From: an uncultured delta proteobacterium
GTDB taxonomy: Bacteria; Desulfobacterota; Binatia; Binatales; Binataceae
DNA length: 64,000 bases
Direction: 5' to 3'
NCBI GenBank assembly: GCA_963724765.1
Contig: CAVRVY010000001.1
Location: forward strand, 1,280,001-1,344,000
Below are positions 1 to 9,637 of this stretch, piece by piece. Made by a program: the position numbers and the translations under genes. Positions within the stretch are counted from its first letter, which is position 1. Every line of letters begins with the position of its first letter. The notes beneath the pieces are model-generated. The model was not told the origin of the DNA, did not search any database, and saw only the letters and a program-made list of their open reading frames with translations.

Positions 1-807
1 CGGCAGGGCGTGCTGCGCGGGACGAGCCTGATGGTGGCGGCACCGGCGCGCGACGCGGCGGCTGCGTCGGCGCGCGAATGCCCGGGCCTTGATGTCGGCC
101 TTCATCTCGTGGTGTGCAAGGGACAAAGCGTGTTGCCGCCCGCGCGGCTGGGCGGCTTGGTCGACAGCGCCGGCAGCTTCGTCGAAAACCCGGTCAGGGG
201 CGGGATGCGCTATTTTTTCAACCGCGGCCTGCGCACTAAAATCGCGGATGAATGCCGCGCGCAGATCGAGCTTCATCTGAAGCTGGTCGGCTATCTCAAC
301 CACATCGATGGCCACTTGAACTTCCACGTCCATCCGGTGATCAACGACATCCTGCTCGACCTGGCCTCGGAGTACCACGTGCCGTGTATCCGGCTGCCGC
401 GCGAGTCGGTGTTCACGACCCTGGCGCTGGCGCGCGACCACGCGCCGCGCAAACTGGTCGAGGCGGTTATCTTCCGGGGACTCTCGAAGCGGGCGCGGCG
501 AAAAATGACCGAACGCGGAATCAAATCCACCGATTGGCTCTTCGGGCTGCATCAGAGCGGCAACTTGAGCGAGCACTACCTGCTCGACGTGATCGCGCGT
601 CTACGCCCCGGCCTGACCGAAATTTATACCCATCCGGCGGCCGATATCGGCGGCACTCCACCTTGCGCGGCGGCGCAGCGCGAAGTCGAAATCCTGACCA
701 GCCCGCTGCTACCGATCGCGCTCACAGCCGCCGGCGTGCGCCTGACGAATTTCGCCGAACTCGCCGGCGCTGACGGCCGCGAGGCGGTGCCCCGCGACGT
801 TCCTTGA
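1..807 (+). CDS. hpnK: YdjC/ChbG/HpnK-family carbohydrate deacetylase (hopanoid-associated HpnK-like), 5'-truncated by the window edge
   Basis: TSLMV, VGLHL, HIDGHLNFHVHP and EIYTHP motifs of the YdjC family; frame open from base 1. Confidence 0.75.
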   Translation, partial: RQGVLRGTSLMVAAPARDAAAASARECPGLDVGLHLVVCKGQSVLPPARLGGLVDSAGSFVENPVRGGMRYFFNRGLRTKIADECRAQIELHLKLVGYLNHIDGHLNFHVHPVINDILLDLASEYHVPCIRLPRESVFTTLALARDHAPRKLVEAVIFRGLSKRARRKMTERGIKSTDWLFGLHQSGNLSEHYLLDVIARLRPGLTEIYTHPAADIGGTPPCAAAQREVEILTSPLLPIALTAAGVRLTNFAELAGADGREAVPRDVP

Positions 808-962
808 ATAGAGCGCTCGCGGTGCGGCAGATCGCCGTCGTCCGGCGCGCGCACGCGATTGGCCGCTGACGCGCCGCGCGGTACTCTATGTCGAATGCGG
901 CCGCGGCGGCTGAGCCTCGGCTCGCCAAGCGGACAACCTCAAACGTCAGGAAGGCTACAGCA

Positions 963-3548
963 ATGACAGACCAGGAGGGCGCTCCGCTCGGCGCCGACAA
1001 GGCATCCGATCACAGGCTTCCGTCCAACGTAGTGCCAGAGCGCTACGAAATAAGCCTTACCCCGGATCTTCGCGCGTTCACGTTCGCGGGCGAGGAGAAC
1101 GTGGCGGTACGGGTCATCACCGCGACAGCCGAAGTGGTGCTCAACGCACTCGAGCTGGAGATAGATCGGGTCAGCGCCGAGCGCGGAACTTTCGCCGTCG
1201 CCGGCAAGGTCACGCTGGAGCCCGCACACGAGCGTGCCCGCTTAAGCTTCGCGAGCCCGCTGGAGCCTGGCGAATGGACACTGCGCATCGCCTTTCGCGG
1301 CGTCCTCAACGACAAGCTGCACGGCTTCTATCGCAGCACCTACAAGGACGCCAAGGGCGACACCCATCTGGTCGCCAGCACGCAATTCGAGGCGACCGAT
1401 GCGCGCCGCGCGATCCCCTGTTGGGACGAGCCGGCGCTCAAGGCGCGCTTCAAAGCGCGGCTGGTGATCGATGAAGGCCTGAGCGCCTTTTCCAACGCCG
1501 GGATCGAAAGCGAGCGCAGCCTCGGCGGCGGCAAAAAGGAGATCGTCTTCAAGGAGACGATCAAGATGTCGACCTACCTGCTCGCCTTCATCGTCGGCGA
1601 ATTCGAGGCGACCGGCCCGACCGACGCGGGGACTCCGCTGCGGGTCGCGCACGTGCCGGGCAAGCGGGCGTTGACCGCATGGGCGCGCGAGATCGGCGCG
1701 TTTTCGCTCAAGTGGTTCGCCAACTATTATGAATTGCCCTATCCGGGCGACAAGCTCGATCTGATCGCGATCCCCGACTTCGCTTCGGGTGCGATGGAGA
1801 ACCTGGGCGCGATCACGTTTCGCGAAACCGCGTTGCTGATCGATGAAAAGAGCGCGTCGCGCGCCGAACTCGAGCGCGTGGCCGACGTCGTCGCGCATGA
1901 GAACGCGCACATGTGGTTCGGCGACCTGGTCACGATGAAGTGGTGGAACGGCATCTGGCTCAACGAGGCGTTCGCCACCTTCATGGAGATGCTCGCGGTC
2001 GACGCGTGGAAGCCGAACTGGAAACGCTGGGAGAGCTTCTCGGTCTCGCGCACGGCAGCGATGGCGATCGACGCGCTGAGCAGCACGCGGCCGATCGAGT
2101 TCACCGTGCTGAGCCCCGAGGACGCGCGGGCGATGTTCGACGTGCTGACTTACGAGAAGGGCGCTTCGGTGCTCAGGATGCTCGAGCAGTACCTTGGTGC
2201 GGAGCGCTTCCGCAAGGGCATCGCCGCGTACCTGCGCAAGCATCAGTACGCCAACGCCGAGACCGGCGACCTGTGGGACGCGCTGGAGCGGGCTTCCGAC
2301 GAGCCGGTGCGCAAGTTGATGGACTCGTGGATTTTCCAGCCTGGCTTTCCGATCGTCGAAGCCGCTCTGGGAGCCGACGGACGCTCGCTGGTGGTGCGCC
2401 AGCGGCGCTTTTTCTATCTCGGCAAAGACGCCACCGCTGCCGGGCACGATCAGCTCTGGCAGGTGCCGGTGATGGTGCGGGCGAAAACCGAAAGTGGCGT
2501 CGCGACCCATCGGCTGCTGCTCGGCGGCCGCGAGGCGACGCTCGATCTGGGCGGGCGCGTGGAATGGGCGCTGCTCAATGAAAGCGGTCACGGGTTTTTC
2601 CGCGTGCGCTACGCGGCCGATCTGCTCGCGGCGCTGAGCCGCAATCTGAGCGAACTCAAGGCTGTCGAGCGCTACGCCCTGGTGAGCGATTCGTGGGCCG
2701 CGACGGTCGCCGGGATGATGCCGCTTAAGGAATTCCTTGCGATGCTGCGCGCGATGCGCGGCGAGACCGACCTCAACGTCTGGCGTGCGATGCTCTCGCC
2801 GTTAGGCTATCTCGACATGATCGTCAACGAGGCCGAGCGTCCCGCGCTGGCCGCGGCGGCGCGTGAGATTATCGGCGAGGCAGCAGCGCGCCTGGGATGG
2901 GATCCGCGTCCGGGTGAAGACGAGCTGATGCGCCAGTTGCGCGGCACGCTATGGGGCTCGCTGGGGACACTCGGCGGCGATCCCGAAGTGCAGCGGCATG
3001 CGGCAGAAATCTACGCGCGCTATCTCAAGGATCCGGCGTCGGTCGACCGCGACCTGGTGCCGCCAATGATTGGAATCCTCGCCTACGCCGGCGATCGTGC
3101 GCGCTACGAAGAATTCAAGCAACACTTTAAGTCGGCGCGGACCCCGCAAGAGGAGCAGCGCTACCTGTTTTCGCTCGCGAGCTTTCGTCGCCCCGAGCTC
3201 TTACGCGCGACGATGGAGATGACGCTCAGCGGCGAAGTGCGCACTCAAAACGCGCCCTACCTGATGCATTCGTTGCTGCTCAACACCACCTGCCGCTACG
3301 AGGCGTGGGACTTCGTGAAGAAGCACTGGGAAGAGATGATCCGCAAATTCCCGGATGCCGCGCTGCCCCGGATGTGCGAAGCGGTGGTCGGACTTCTCGA
3401 GCGCGAGGCTGAGGTGCACGAATTTTTCCAGGCCCATCGGGTGAGGCTCGGCGGCAAGATAATCGACCAGCATCTCGAGCGGCTGCGCGTGGCGGTGGCG
3501 TTTCGCAAGCGCGAGGGTGCGAATCTGGCCGCCGCACTCAGGGGCTAA
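963..3548 (+). CDS. pepN: M1 family zinc aminopeptidase with ERAP1-like C-terminal domain
   Basis: GAMEN motif, HENAH zinc motif, WLNEAFA, YEKG; ATG 963 follows AGGAAGG (ORF track start 888 is probably too long). Confidence 0.92.
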   Translation: MTDQEGAPLGADKASDHRLPSNVVPERYEISLTPDLRAFTFAGEENVAVRVITATAEVVLNALELEIDRVSAERGTFAVAGKVTLEPAHERARLSFASPLEPGEWTLRIAFRGVLNDKLHGFYRSTYKDAKGDTHLVASTQFEATDARRAIPCWDEPALKARFKARLVIDEGLSAFSNAGIESERSLGGGKKEIVFKETIKMSTYLLAFIVGEFEATGPTDAGTPLRVAHVPGKRALTAWAREIGAFSLKWFANYYELPYPGDKLDLIAIPDFASGAMENLGAITFRETALLIDEKSASRAELERVADVVAHENAHMWFGDLVTMKWWNGIWLNEAFATFMEMLAVDAWKPNWKRWESFSVSRTAAMAIDALSSTRPIEFTVLSPEDARAMFDVLTYEKGASVLRMLEQYLGAERFRKGIAAYLRKHQYANAETGDLWDALERASDEPVRKLMDSWIFQPGFPIVEAALGADGRSLVVRQRRFFYLGKDATAAGHDQLWQVPVMVRAKTESGVATHRLLLGGREATLDLGGRVEWALLNESGHGFFRVRYAADLLAALSRNLSELKAVERYALVSDSWAATVAGMMPLKEFLAMLRAMRGETDLNVWRAMLSPLGYLDMIVNEAERPALAAAAREIIGEAAARLGWDPRPGEDELMRQLRGTLWGSLGTLGGDPEVQRHAAEIYARYLKDPASVDRDLVPPMIGILAYAGDRARYEEFKQHFKSARTPQEEQRYLFSLASFRRPELLRATMEMTLSGEVRTQNAPYLMHSLLLNTTCRYEAWDFVKKHWEEMIRKFPDAALPRMCEAVVGLLEREAEVHEFFQAHRVRLGGKIIDQHLERLRVAVAFRKREGANLAAALRG

Positions 3549-3583
3549 GGTTAAGAACTGCAAATCGACGCATGAAAGATGCG

Positions 3584-3622
3584 AACGGCGCCCGTCCCTA
3601 TGGCCGAGCGCCGTTTTTGTTT
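3584..3622 (+). terminator. Probable intrinsic terminator between convergent genes
   Basis: AACGGCGC...GCGCCGTT stem followed by TTTGTTT. Confidence 0.6.
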
Positions 3623-3664
3623 GAGACTCAGCGCCGGGGCGCGCTGTGCGCCTGATTTAACGTT

Positions 3665-4672
3665 CTACTTTAGCATTTTGGCGGGCTTGGGCGGTTCGAA
3701 GCCGAGCACCGGATGGGGCTGATAAGGCTGTTCGAGCGCCGCGACCTCTTCCCTGGTCAGCTTGATGTCGACCGACGCGAGAAGCTCTTTGACGTGATTA
3801 AGCTTGGTCGCGCCGATGATCGGAGCGGTGACGCCGGCCGCCTGCACAATCCAGGCGCACGCGATCTGCGCCGGCGTGAGGCCGCGCTCGCGCGCGATTG
3901 CGGCCGCCGCGTCGGCGACCGCGAAGTCTGATTCGCGAAAGTACATCCCGCGCGCGATGTCGTCAGTTTTGGCGCGCAGCGTCTCGCCCGTTCCGCCCGA
4001 GCGGCGATTGCCGGCGAGAAAGCCGCGTGCGAGCGGGCTCCACGGGATAACGCCGACGCCCTGGTCGATGCAGAGCGGAATCATCTCGCGCTCTTCCTCG
4101 CGATAGACCAGGTTGTAGTGGTTCTGCATCGAGACGAAGCGATGCCATCCGCGCTCGCCCGCGGTATAGAGCGCCTTGCTGAACTGCCACGCCGCCATGC
4201 TGCTGGCGCCGAGGTAGCGCACCTTGCCCGCGCGCACCAGCGAGTCGAGCGCCTCGAGAGTTTCCTCGATCGGAGTTCTGAAGTCCCATCGATGGATCTG
4301 GTAGAGGTCGATGAAGTCGGTTTTGAGCCGGCGCAGCGAGGCGTCGCAGGCCTCCAGGATGTGTTTGCGGCTGAGCCCGCGGCGGTTGGGGCCCGAACCC
4401 ATCGGGCCGTTGACCTTGGTTGCGAGCACGATCTCGTCGCGCGCAGCCAGCTCCCCCAGCCAGCGCCCGGTTATCTCCTCGCTCACGCCGGTCGAGTAGA
4501 CGTCGGCGGTGTCGAAGAAGTTGACTCCGGCCTCAAGCGCGGCGGCGAAGTGCTCGCGCGCCTCGTCGCCCGAGATGACCCATTCGCGCCATCGCTTATC
4601 GCCATAACTCATGCATCCCAGGCAGATGCGCGAGACGTTAAGACCCGTATCGCCCAGCTTAATGTATTCCAT
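3665..4672 (-). CDS. Aldo/keto reductase
   Basis: CLGCMSYG, FFDTADVY, ATKV, DLYQIHRWD, PWSPLARG motifs. Confidence 0.93.
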   Translation of the reverse strand: MEYIKLGDTGLNVSRICLGCMSYGDKRWREWVISGDEAREHFAAALEAGVNFFDTADVYSTGVSEEITGRWLGELAARDEIVLATKVNGPMGSGPNRRGLSRKHILEACDASLRRLKTDFIDLYQIHRWDFRTPIEETLEALDSLVRAGKVRYLGASSMAAWQFSKALYTAGERGWHRFVSMQNHYNLVYREEEREMIPLCIDQGVGVIPWSPLARGFLAGNRRSGGTGETLRAKTDDIARGMYFRESDFAVADAAAAIARERGLTPAQIACAWIVQAAGVTAPIIGATKLNHVKELLASVDIKLTREEVAALEQPYQPHPVLGFEPPKPAKMLK

Positions 4673-4717
4673 TTTGGTCTAGTAACCCGCTCGGGCGCGG
4701 CGCGCAAGCGGGCGCCG

Positions 4718-5512
4718 CTACTCGCCCTTGAATTTCGGCGGGCGCTTTTCGAGAAATGACGCGATGCCCTCGGAGCCGTCGGCGGTACGCCCCATGTCGG
4801 CGATCCACTCCGTCTCCAACTCCATCTGATCTTCGAGCGTCCTGGTCGCGCTCTCGGCGAACAGGCGCTTCACTCCCAGGTAGGCGCGCGTCGGGCCCTG
4901 CGCGAAGCCCTTCGCCAGCCCCTCCGCGGTCGCCATCACTTCGCCGTCAGCCACCACGCGGGTCACGATTCCCATTTCGTAAGCCTCGCGCGCCGAGAGC
5001 ACACGGTTGGTGAGCGTCAGGTCCATCGCACGCCTGAGGCCCACGATTCGCGGCAGGAAGTGGGTTGATGATCCGTCGGGCGTGAGTCCCGCCCGCGTGT
5101 ACGCCATCGTGAACCGCGCCGACTCGGCTGCGACTACGATGTCGCCCGCACACGCGAGACTCATCCCGGCGCCGCCCGCGGCCCCATGGATCGCGAGCAC
5201 CACCGGCGCCTTCATCCGGTTGAAGCGCGAAATCGCCTTGTGCAGATGAAAGGTGACCTTCTTTAAGTAGGTGGGCAGCATCTCTTTGGGCTGCGCGGCG
5301 AAGCTCTTGAGGTCGCCACCCGCGCAGAAGATTTTGCCCGCCGCGTTGACCAGCACCGCGCGAACGCTGGGGTCTTCCTCGCAGCACAGCGACACTTCCA
5401 TCAGGTCGTGCGCGAGTTCGGCGTTGAGCGCGTTGGCGGCCTCGGGCCGGTTGAGCGTGATGTAGGCGACGTTGTTGCGCACGTCGAAGAGCAGCGTCGA
5501 GTAGTCGGCCAT
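4718..5512 (-). CDS. Enoyl-CoA hydratase/isomerase (crotonase family)
   Basis: ITLNRPE, FCAGGDL, GAAGGAG, PDGSST, FLEKRPPKF; GGAGG RBS before ATG 5512. Confidence 0.9.
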   Translation of the reverse strand: MADYSTLLFDVRNNVAYITLNRPEAANALNAELAHDLMEVSLCCEEDPSVRAVLVNAAGKIFCAGGDLKSFAAQPKEMLPTYLKKVTFHLHKAISRFNRMKAPVVLAIHGAAGGAGMSLACAGDIVVAAESARFTMAYTRAGLTPDGSSTHFLPRIVGLRRAMDLTLTNRVLSAREAYEMGIVTRVVADGEVMATAEGLAKGFAQGPTRAYLGVKRLFAESATRTLEDQMELETEWIADMGRTADGSEGIASFLEKRPPKFKGE

Positions 5513-5610
5513 GGTGTCCTCCGGGTCTGTCGTGAACTTTGCACAAGCTTGCGCGAATCCTGTGCGCAATTAGATCAACCACGCTGCCTTCGCGCAACCG
5601 GGCGCGCCTG

Positions 5611-6498
5611 TCATTGAAGGGCGCGATACCAGTCGGCGATCGCCGTCCCAATCTCGTGCGGCGAATCCTCCTGGATAAAATGGATGCCTTTGACGGTGAC
5701 CTCGCGCTGATTGGGCCAGCGCCGGCAAAACTCGCGCTGCGGGCCAATCAGGATCGCGCCCGGCTCGGCGTTAATGAAAAGCTTAGGCACAGGGTTCTGC
5801 GAGAGCCACGCGGCGTATTCGTTGACGAGTGCGGTCACGTCGGCCGGTTCGCCGTCGAGCGGAATTTGCCGCGGCCAGGTGAGCATCGGGCGGCGCGACT
5901 CGCCCGGCGCAAGGAAGGGACGGCGATACGCCTCCATCTCGGCGTCCGTGAGCTTCCGCATCACGCTGCCGGGCAGGATGCGCTCGACAAAAGTGTTGCG
6001 CTGCAGGATGAGGTCCTCGCCGGCCGGCGAACGCATCGCCTGGAACAGCGGTCGCGCCTGCTGATTAAACTCGCTCCACTTAAGCGGCCGCACGATCGCT
6101 TCCATGTAGACGATTCCCTTGACCACGGAAGGATTGCGCCTCGCCCAATGAAAACCCAGCGCTGATCCCCAATCGTGGATCACCAGCGTCACTTTCCGCT
6201 GTGCAAGGCCGAGCGCCGCGAACCACGCGTCGAGGTAGCGGATATGGTCCGCCAGCCGGTACGAGCCGTCGGGCGCCTTGCCCGAATCACCCATCCCGGC
6301 CAGGTCCGGCGCGAGGCATCGCGCATGCGGCGTCAGGTGCGGGATTATGTTGCGCCACAGGTAGGACGAGGTCGGATTGCCGTGCAGAAAGACGATCGGG
6401 TCGCCCAGGCCTACGTCGACGTAGGCCATCTCGACGCCTGCGGCATCGAGCCGCTTGCGCGGATTGGGATCGGCGGGCGAGATTGACGCGTCGCTCAT
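5611..6498 (-). CDS. dhaA: Haloalkane dehalogenase (DhaA/LinB type)
   Basis: FLHGNPTSSYLWRN, nucleophile IHDWGS, YMEA acid, WPRQIP, GIHFIQED base. Confidence 0.9.
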   Translation of the reverse strand: MSDASISPADPNPRKRLDAAGVEMAYVDVGLGDPIVFLHGNPTSSYLWRNIIPHLTPHARCLAPDLAGMGDSGKAPDGSYRLADHIRYLDAWFAALGLAQRKVTLVIHDWGSALGFHWARRNPSVVKGIVYMEAIVRPLKWSEFNQQARPLFQAMRSPAGEDLILQRNTFVERILPGSVMRKLTDAEMEAYRRPFLAPGESRRPMLTWPRQIPLDGEPADVTALVNEYAAWLSQNPVPKLFINAEPGAILIGPQREFCRRWPNQREVTVKGIHFIQEDSPHEIGTAIADWYRALQ

Positions 6499-6666
6499 GT
6501 CGTAGTTCCTCGGCTGTCTTCTGATGGTCGGCATCTTCGAGAGATACGATCCCGGCCGCGCGCCGCGCAAGGCGTCGCGCACACGCGAATCACGCGATTA
6601 AGCTTGCCTCGTAGGGGCGCGCGGTTGCACAATTGTCGCTTCACGAGCAGTGGAGGGCGACTACCG

Positions 6667-8283
6667 ATGGCCGAGCAGCGCAAGCGCAGCTTCTGGGGAT
6701 GGGGTTACGAGGATCAGCAGCCGAACGCGGAGCAGCTAAAACATCTCGCTGAGCGGATGGCGAAGCGGTTCGGGCTGGCGCCGCTAACGATCACGCCGCC
6801 GCCGCGCGAAGACGAACTCAAGCTGCGCGCGCCTCGGATAAAGCCGCCCGACGCGCTCGCCGCCATCTGTTCGACCAGCACCTATGACCGCGCAGGCCAC
6901 AGTTACGGACGCAGCTATCGCGACGTGGTCCGCGCGTACCGCCGCTTCTACCCCAATCCGTTCGACGCCGTGGCTTTTCCGCACGATGAGGCCGAGCTTA
7001 CCCGCGTGCTCGAATGGTGCGACAAAGAGCGTATCGCGGCGACGCCTTACGGCGGCGGCTCGAGCGTGGTGGGCGGAGTTGAACCGCCCGCGGATGGCGA
7101 CTGGCGCGGAGCGGTGTCGATCGACCTGACCCGGCTGGACCGCGTGCTCGAAGTCGACCGCGCCTCGCGCGCGGCGCGCATTCAAGGCGGCGTGCTCGGC
7201 CCCTCGCTCGAGGACCAGTTGCGCCCGCATAATTACACCTTGCGCCATTACCCGCAGTCTTTCGAATTTTCATCGCTCGGCGGATGGATCGCGACGCGAT
7301 CGGGCGGCCATTTCGCGACGCTTTACACTCATATAGACGATTTCGTGGAGTCGCTTCGCGTCCTCACGCCGACCGGGATCGTCGAGTCGTGCCGCCTGCC
7401 CGGTTCGGGCGCAGGGCCGAGTCCCGACCGCATGTTCATCGGATCGGAAGGCATCCTCGGCATCATCACGGAGGCCTGGATGCGCCTGCAGGACCGGCCG
7501 AAGTTCCGCGCCGGAGCCTCGGTCGCGTTTCCCGATTTTGTCGCCGGGGCCAATGCGGTTCGCGCAGTCGCGCAGGCCGGTCTGTATCCGGCCAACTGCC
7601 GCCTGCTCGATGCGGGCGAGGCGGCCAGCGCCGGCGCCAACCAGGGCGAGGCCGCCGTGCTGGTGCTGGCCTTTGAGTCGGCCGACCATGAGTTGGAGCC
7701 GTGGATGAAGCGCGCACTCGAAATCTGCGCCGAGCTTGGGGGAAAGATTCCCGAGGGCGCGGGCCGCACTCGCACCGACGCCGAGGCCACCCACGAGGGC
7801 GCGGCCGGCGCGTGGCGCGAGGCGTTCATCAAGGCTCCGTACCTGCGCAACTCGCTGGCTGCGATGGGAATCGTGAACGACACGTTCGAGACCGCGATCA
7901 CCTGGGACCGCTTTCCCAGCTATCACGCGCAACTGATGGAGACCGGGACCGACGCGATCCGGCGCATCTGCGGCAAGGGCACGATGACCTGCCGTTTCAC
8001 CCACGCCTATCCGGACGGGCCCGCGCCGTACTACACGATCCTCGCGCCGGGCAAACGGGGATCCGAAATGGAGCAGTGGGACGAAATCAAGGAGGCAGTG
8101 TCGGAAGTGATCGTGAAGTTCGGCGGCACGATCACGCATCATCATTCGGTCGGCCGCGACCATCGCCCGTGGTACGATCGCCAGCGGCCCGAGGGGTTCG
8201 CGCGGGCTCTGAAAGCGGCCAAGCGCGCGCTCGACCCGCACGCAATTCTCAATCCGGGGGTGCTGATCGATCCTGAACGCTAG
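6667..8283 (+). CDS. FAD-binding oxidoreductase, alkyl-DHAP synthase-like
   Basis: PYGGGSSVVGG, HYPQSFEFSSLGGW, GSEGILG, THHHSVG, DPHAILNPG; GGAGG RBS. Confidence 0.88.
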   Translation: MAEQRKRSFWGWGYEDQQPNAEQLKHLAERMAKRFGLAPLTITPPPREDELKLRAPRIKPPDALAAICSTSTYDRAGHSYGRSYRDVVRAYRRFYPNPFDAVAFPHDEAELTRVLEWCDKERIAATPYGGGSSVVGGVEPPADGDWRGAVSIDLTRLDRVLEVDRASRAARIQGGVLGPSLEDQLRPHNYTLRHYPQSFEFSSLGGWIATRSGGHFATLYTHIDDFVESLRVLTPTGIVESCRLPGSGAGPSPDRMFIGSEGILGIITEAWMRLQDRPKFRAGASVAFPDFVAGANAVRAVAQAGLYPANCRLLDAGEAASAGANQGEAAVLVLAFESADHELEPWMKRALEICAELGGKIPEGAGRTRTDAEATHEGAAGAWREAFIKAPYLRNSLAAMGIVNDTFETAITWDRFPSYHAQLMETGTDAIRRICGKGTMTCRFTHAYPDGPAPYYTILAPGKRGSEMEQWDEIKEAVSEVIVKFGGTITHHHSVGRDHRPWYDRQRPEGFARALKAAKRALDPHAILNPGVLIDPER

Positions 8284-8323
8284 CGCGCACAGGCTGCAGC
8301 GATAACGCGCGGGAGCCGTGCGC

Positions 8324-8632
8324 TCAATCGTCGTCGAGGCCGAGCGTCTTGCGCGCCGCCAGGCTCATCATGTGTGGCGTCCACGGCGGATCCCACACCA
8401 TCTCGACGTTGGCCTCTTCGCAGCCGGGGATGCCGAGCAGCTTGTCCTGGATCTCGCTCGCGATCATCGCGCCCATCGAGCAGCCCGGCGCCGTCAGCGT
8501 CATCTCGACCGTGATCGCGCCGCCTTTGACATCGACGTGGTAGACCAGTCCCAGGTCAACGATGTTGACCGGCATTTCGGGGTCGTAGCACTCGCGCAGG
8601 ACTTCGTAGACTTCTTCTTCGCTGTACATCAT
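8324..8632 (-). CDS. Metal-sulfur cluster assembly factor (DUF59/SufT-like)
   Basis: DPEMPVNIVDLGLVY, MTLTAPGC, WDPPWTP motifs. Confidence 0.9.
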   Translation of the reverse strand: MMYSEEEVYEVLRECYDPEMPVNIVDLGLVYHVDVKGGAITVEMTLTAPGCSMGAMIASEIQDKLLGIPGCEEANVEMVWDPPWTPHMMSLAARKTLGLDDD

Positions 8633-8774
8633 TTCGGCTCGCATCCCAGCCGCGGCGCCTGCCACCGCGATTTCACGGGCACGGAGCGCTAATATCTGTA
8701 GTATATAGGAGCGCTGCGGACGGCAAGAACGGCTGTGCGCGTTCGGCAGCCGCAATCAAGCACGGAGGTTCAGG

Positions 8775-9122
8775 ATGCCCGACAAGGAGGAGCTTTACGA
8801 TTCCGCGATCGACCTTTACGCCGATGGCAAGTACGACGACGCGATCGAACTATACGCGAGCGCACTCGCACAGGACCCGCGCTACACCGACGCTTTGCAC
8901 GGGATGGTCATGTGCTACCAGGCCAAGGGCGACCTAGACACCGCGATCGATCTGACCAAAAAATATATCGCGCAGGAGCCCGAGGACATCCTCGCGTTTA
9001 CCAACCTCAGCATGTTCTACCAGAAGAAGGGGATGATAAAGGAAGCCGAGGAGGCGGGAGCCGAAGCGCGGCGGCTGGACTGGAAGCGCCAGCTCAAGGA
9101 AGGCGTGGCGGGAAAGAAGTGA
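8775..9122 (+). CDS. Tetratricopeptide repeat protein
   Basis: Helical TPR pattern (GKYDDAIELY..AL..DP; GDLDTAI); GGAGG RBS. Confidence 0.8.
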   Translation: MPDKEELYDSAIDLYADGKYDDAIELYASALAQDPRYTDALHGMVMCYQAKGDLDTAIDLTKKYIAQEPEDILAFTNLSMFYQKKGMIKEAEEAGAEARRLDWKRQLKEGVAGKK

Positions 9123-9141
9123 AGGTGATGCGGAGGCGGCG

Positions 9142-9595
9142 ATGAAGCTCAAAGACAAGACAGTGCTGATAACTGGCGCGGGATCGGGGCTGGGGCGCGA
9201 GATGGCGCTGTTGTTCACGCGCGAGGGCGCTCAAGGTGATGATCGCGAATAAATCCGGACGGATCATTAACCCGGGCTCGATCGTCGGCCTGACCGGCAT
9301 CGAGATGGCCGACTACGGCGCGGCCAAGGGCGGAATAATTTCGTTCACCAAGTGCGTCGCGCGCGAGGTCGTCCGCCACGGCATCCTGGTCAACTGCATC
9401 GCGCCCGGCTTCATCGGAACGCCGATGAGCGCGTCGCTGGCCCCCGAGGTGCGCCGGACGGCGATCGCGCGGACACCGATCCGGCGCTTCGGCGAGCCGC
9501 GTGACATCGCGGCCGCGGCGCTGTACCTGGCCTGCGAGGATTCGTCGTTCATGGTCGGTCAGGTGATCAGCCCCAACGGCGGCTACGTGATGTGA
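9142..9595 (+). pseudogene. SDR oxidoreductase (FabG-like) with internal deletion and frameshift
   Basis: MKLKDKTVLITGAGSGLG stops at 9250-9252; the C-terminal half (GRIIN, YGAAKGG, VNCIAPG) is in another frame; only 454 nt in total. Confidence 0.85.
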
Positions 9596-9637
9596 GACAG
9601 CCTTTCTGAATATCTTCCTGAATGTCTCGTCTGAGTA

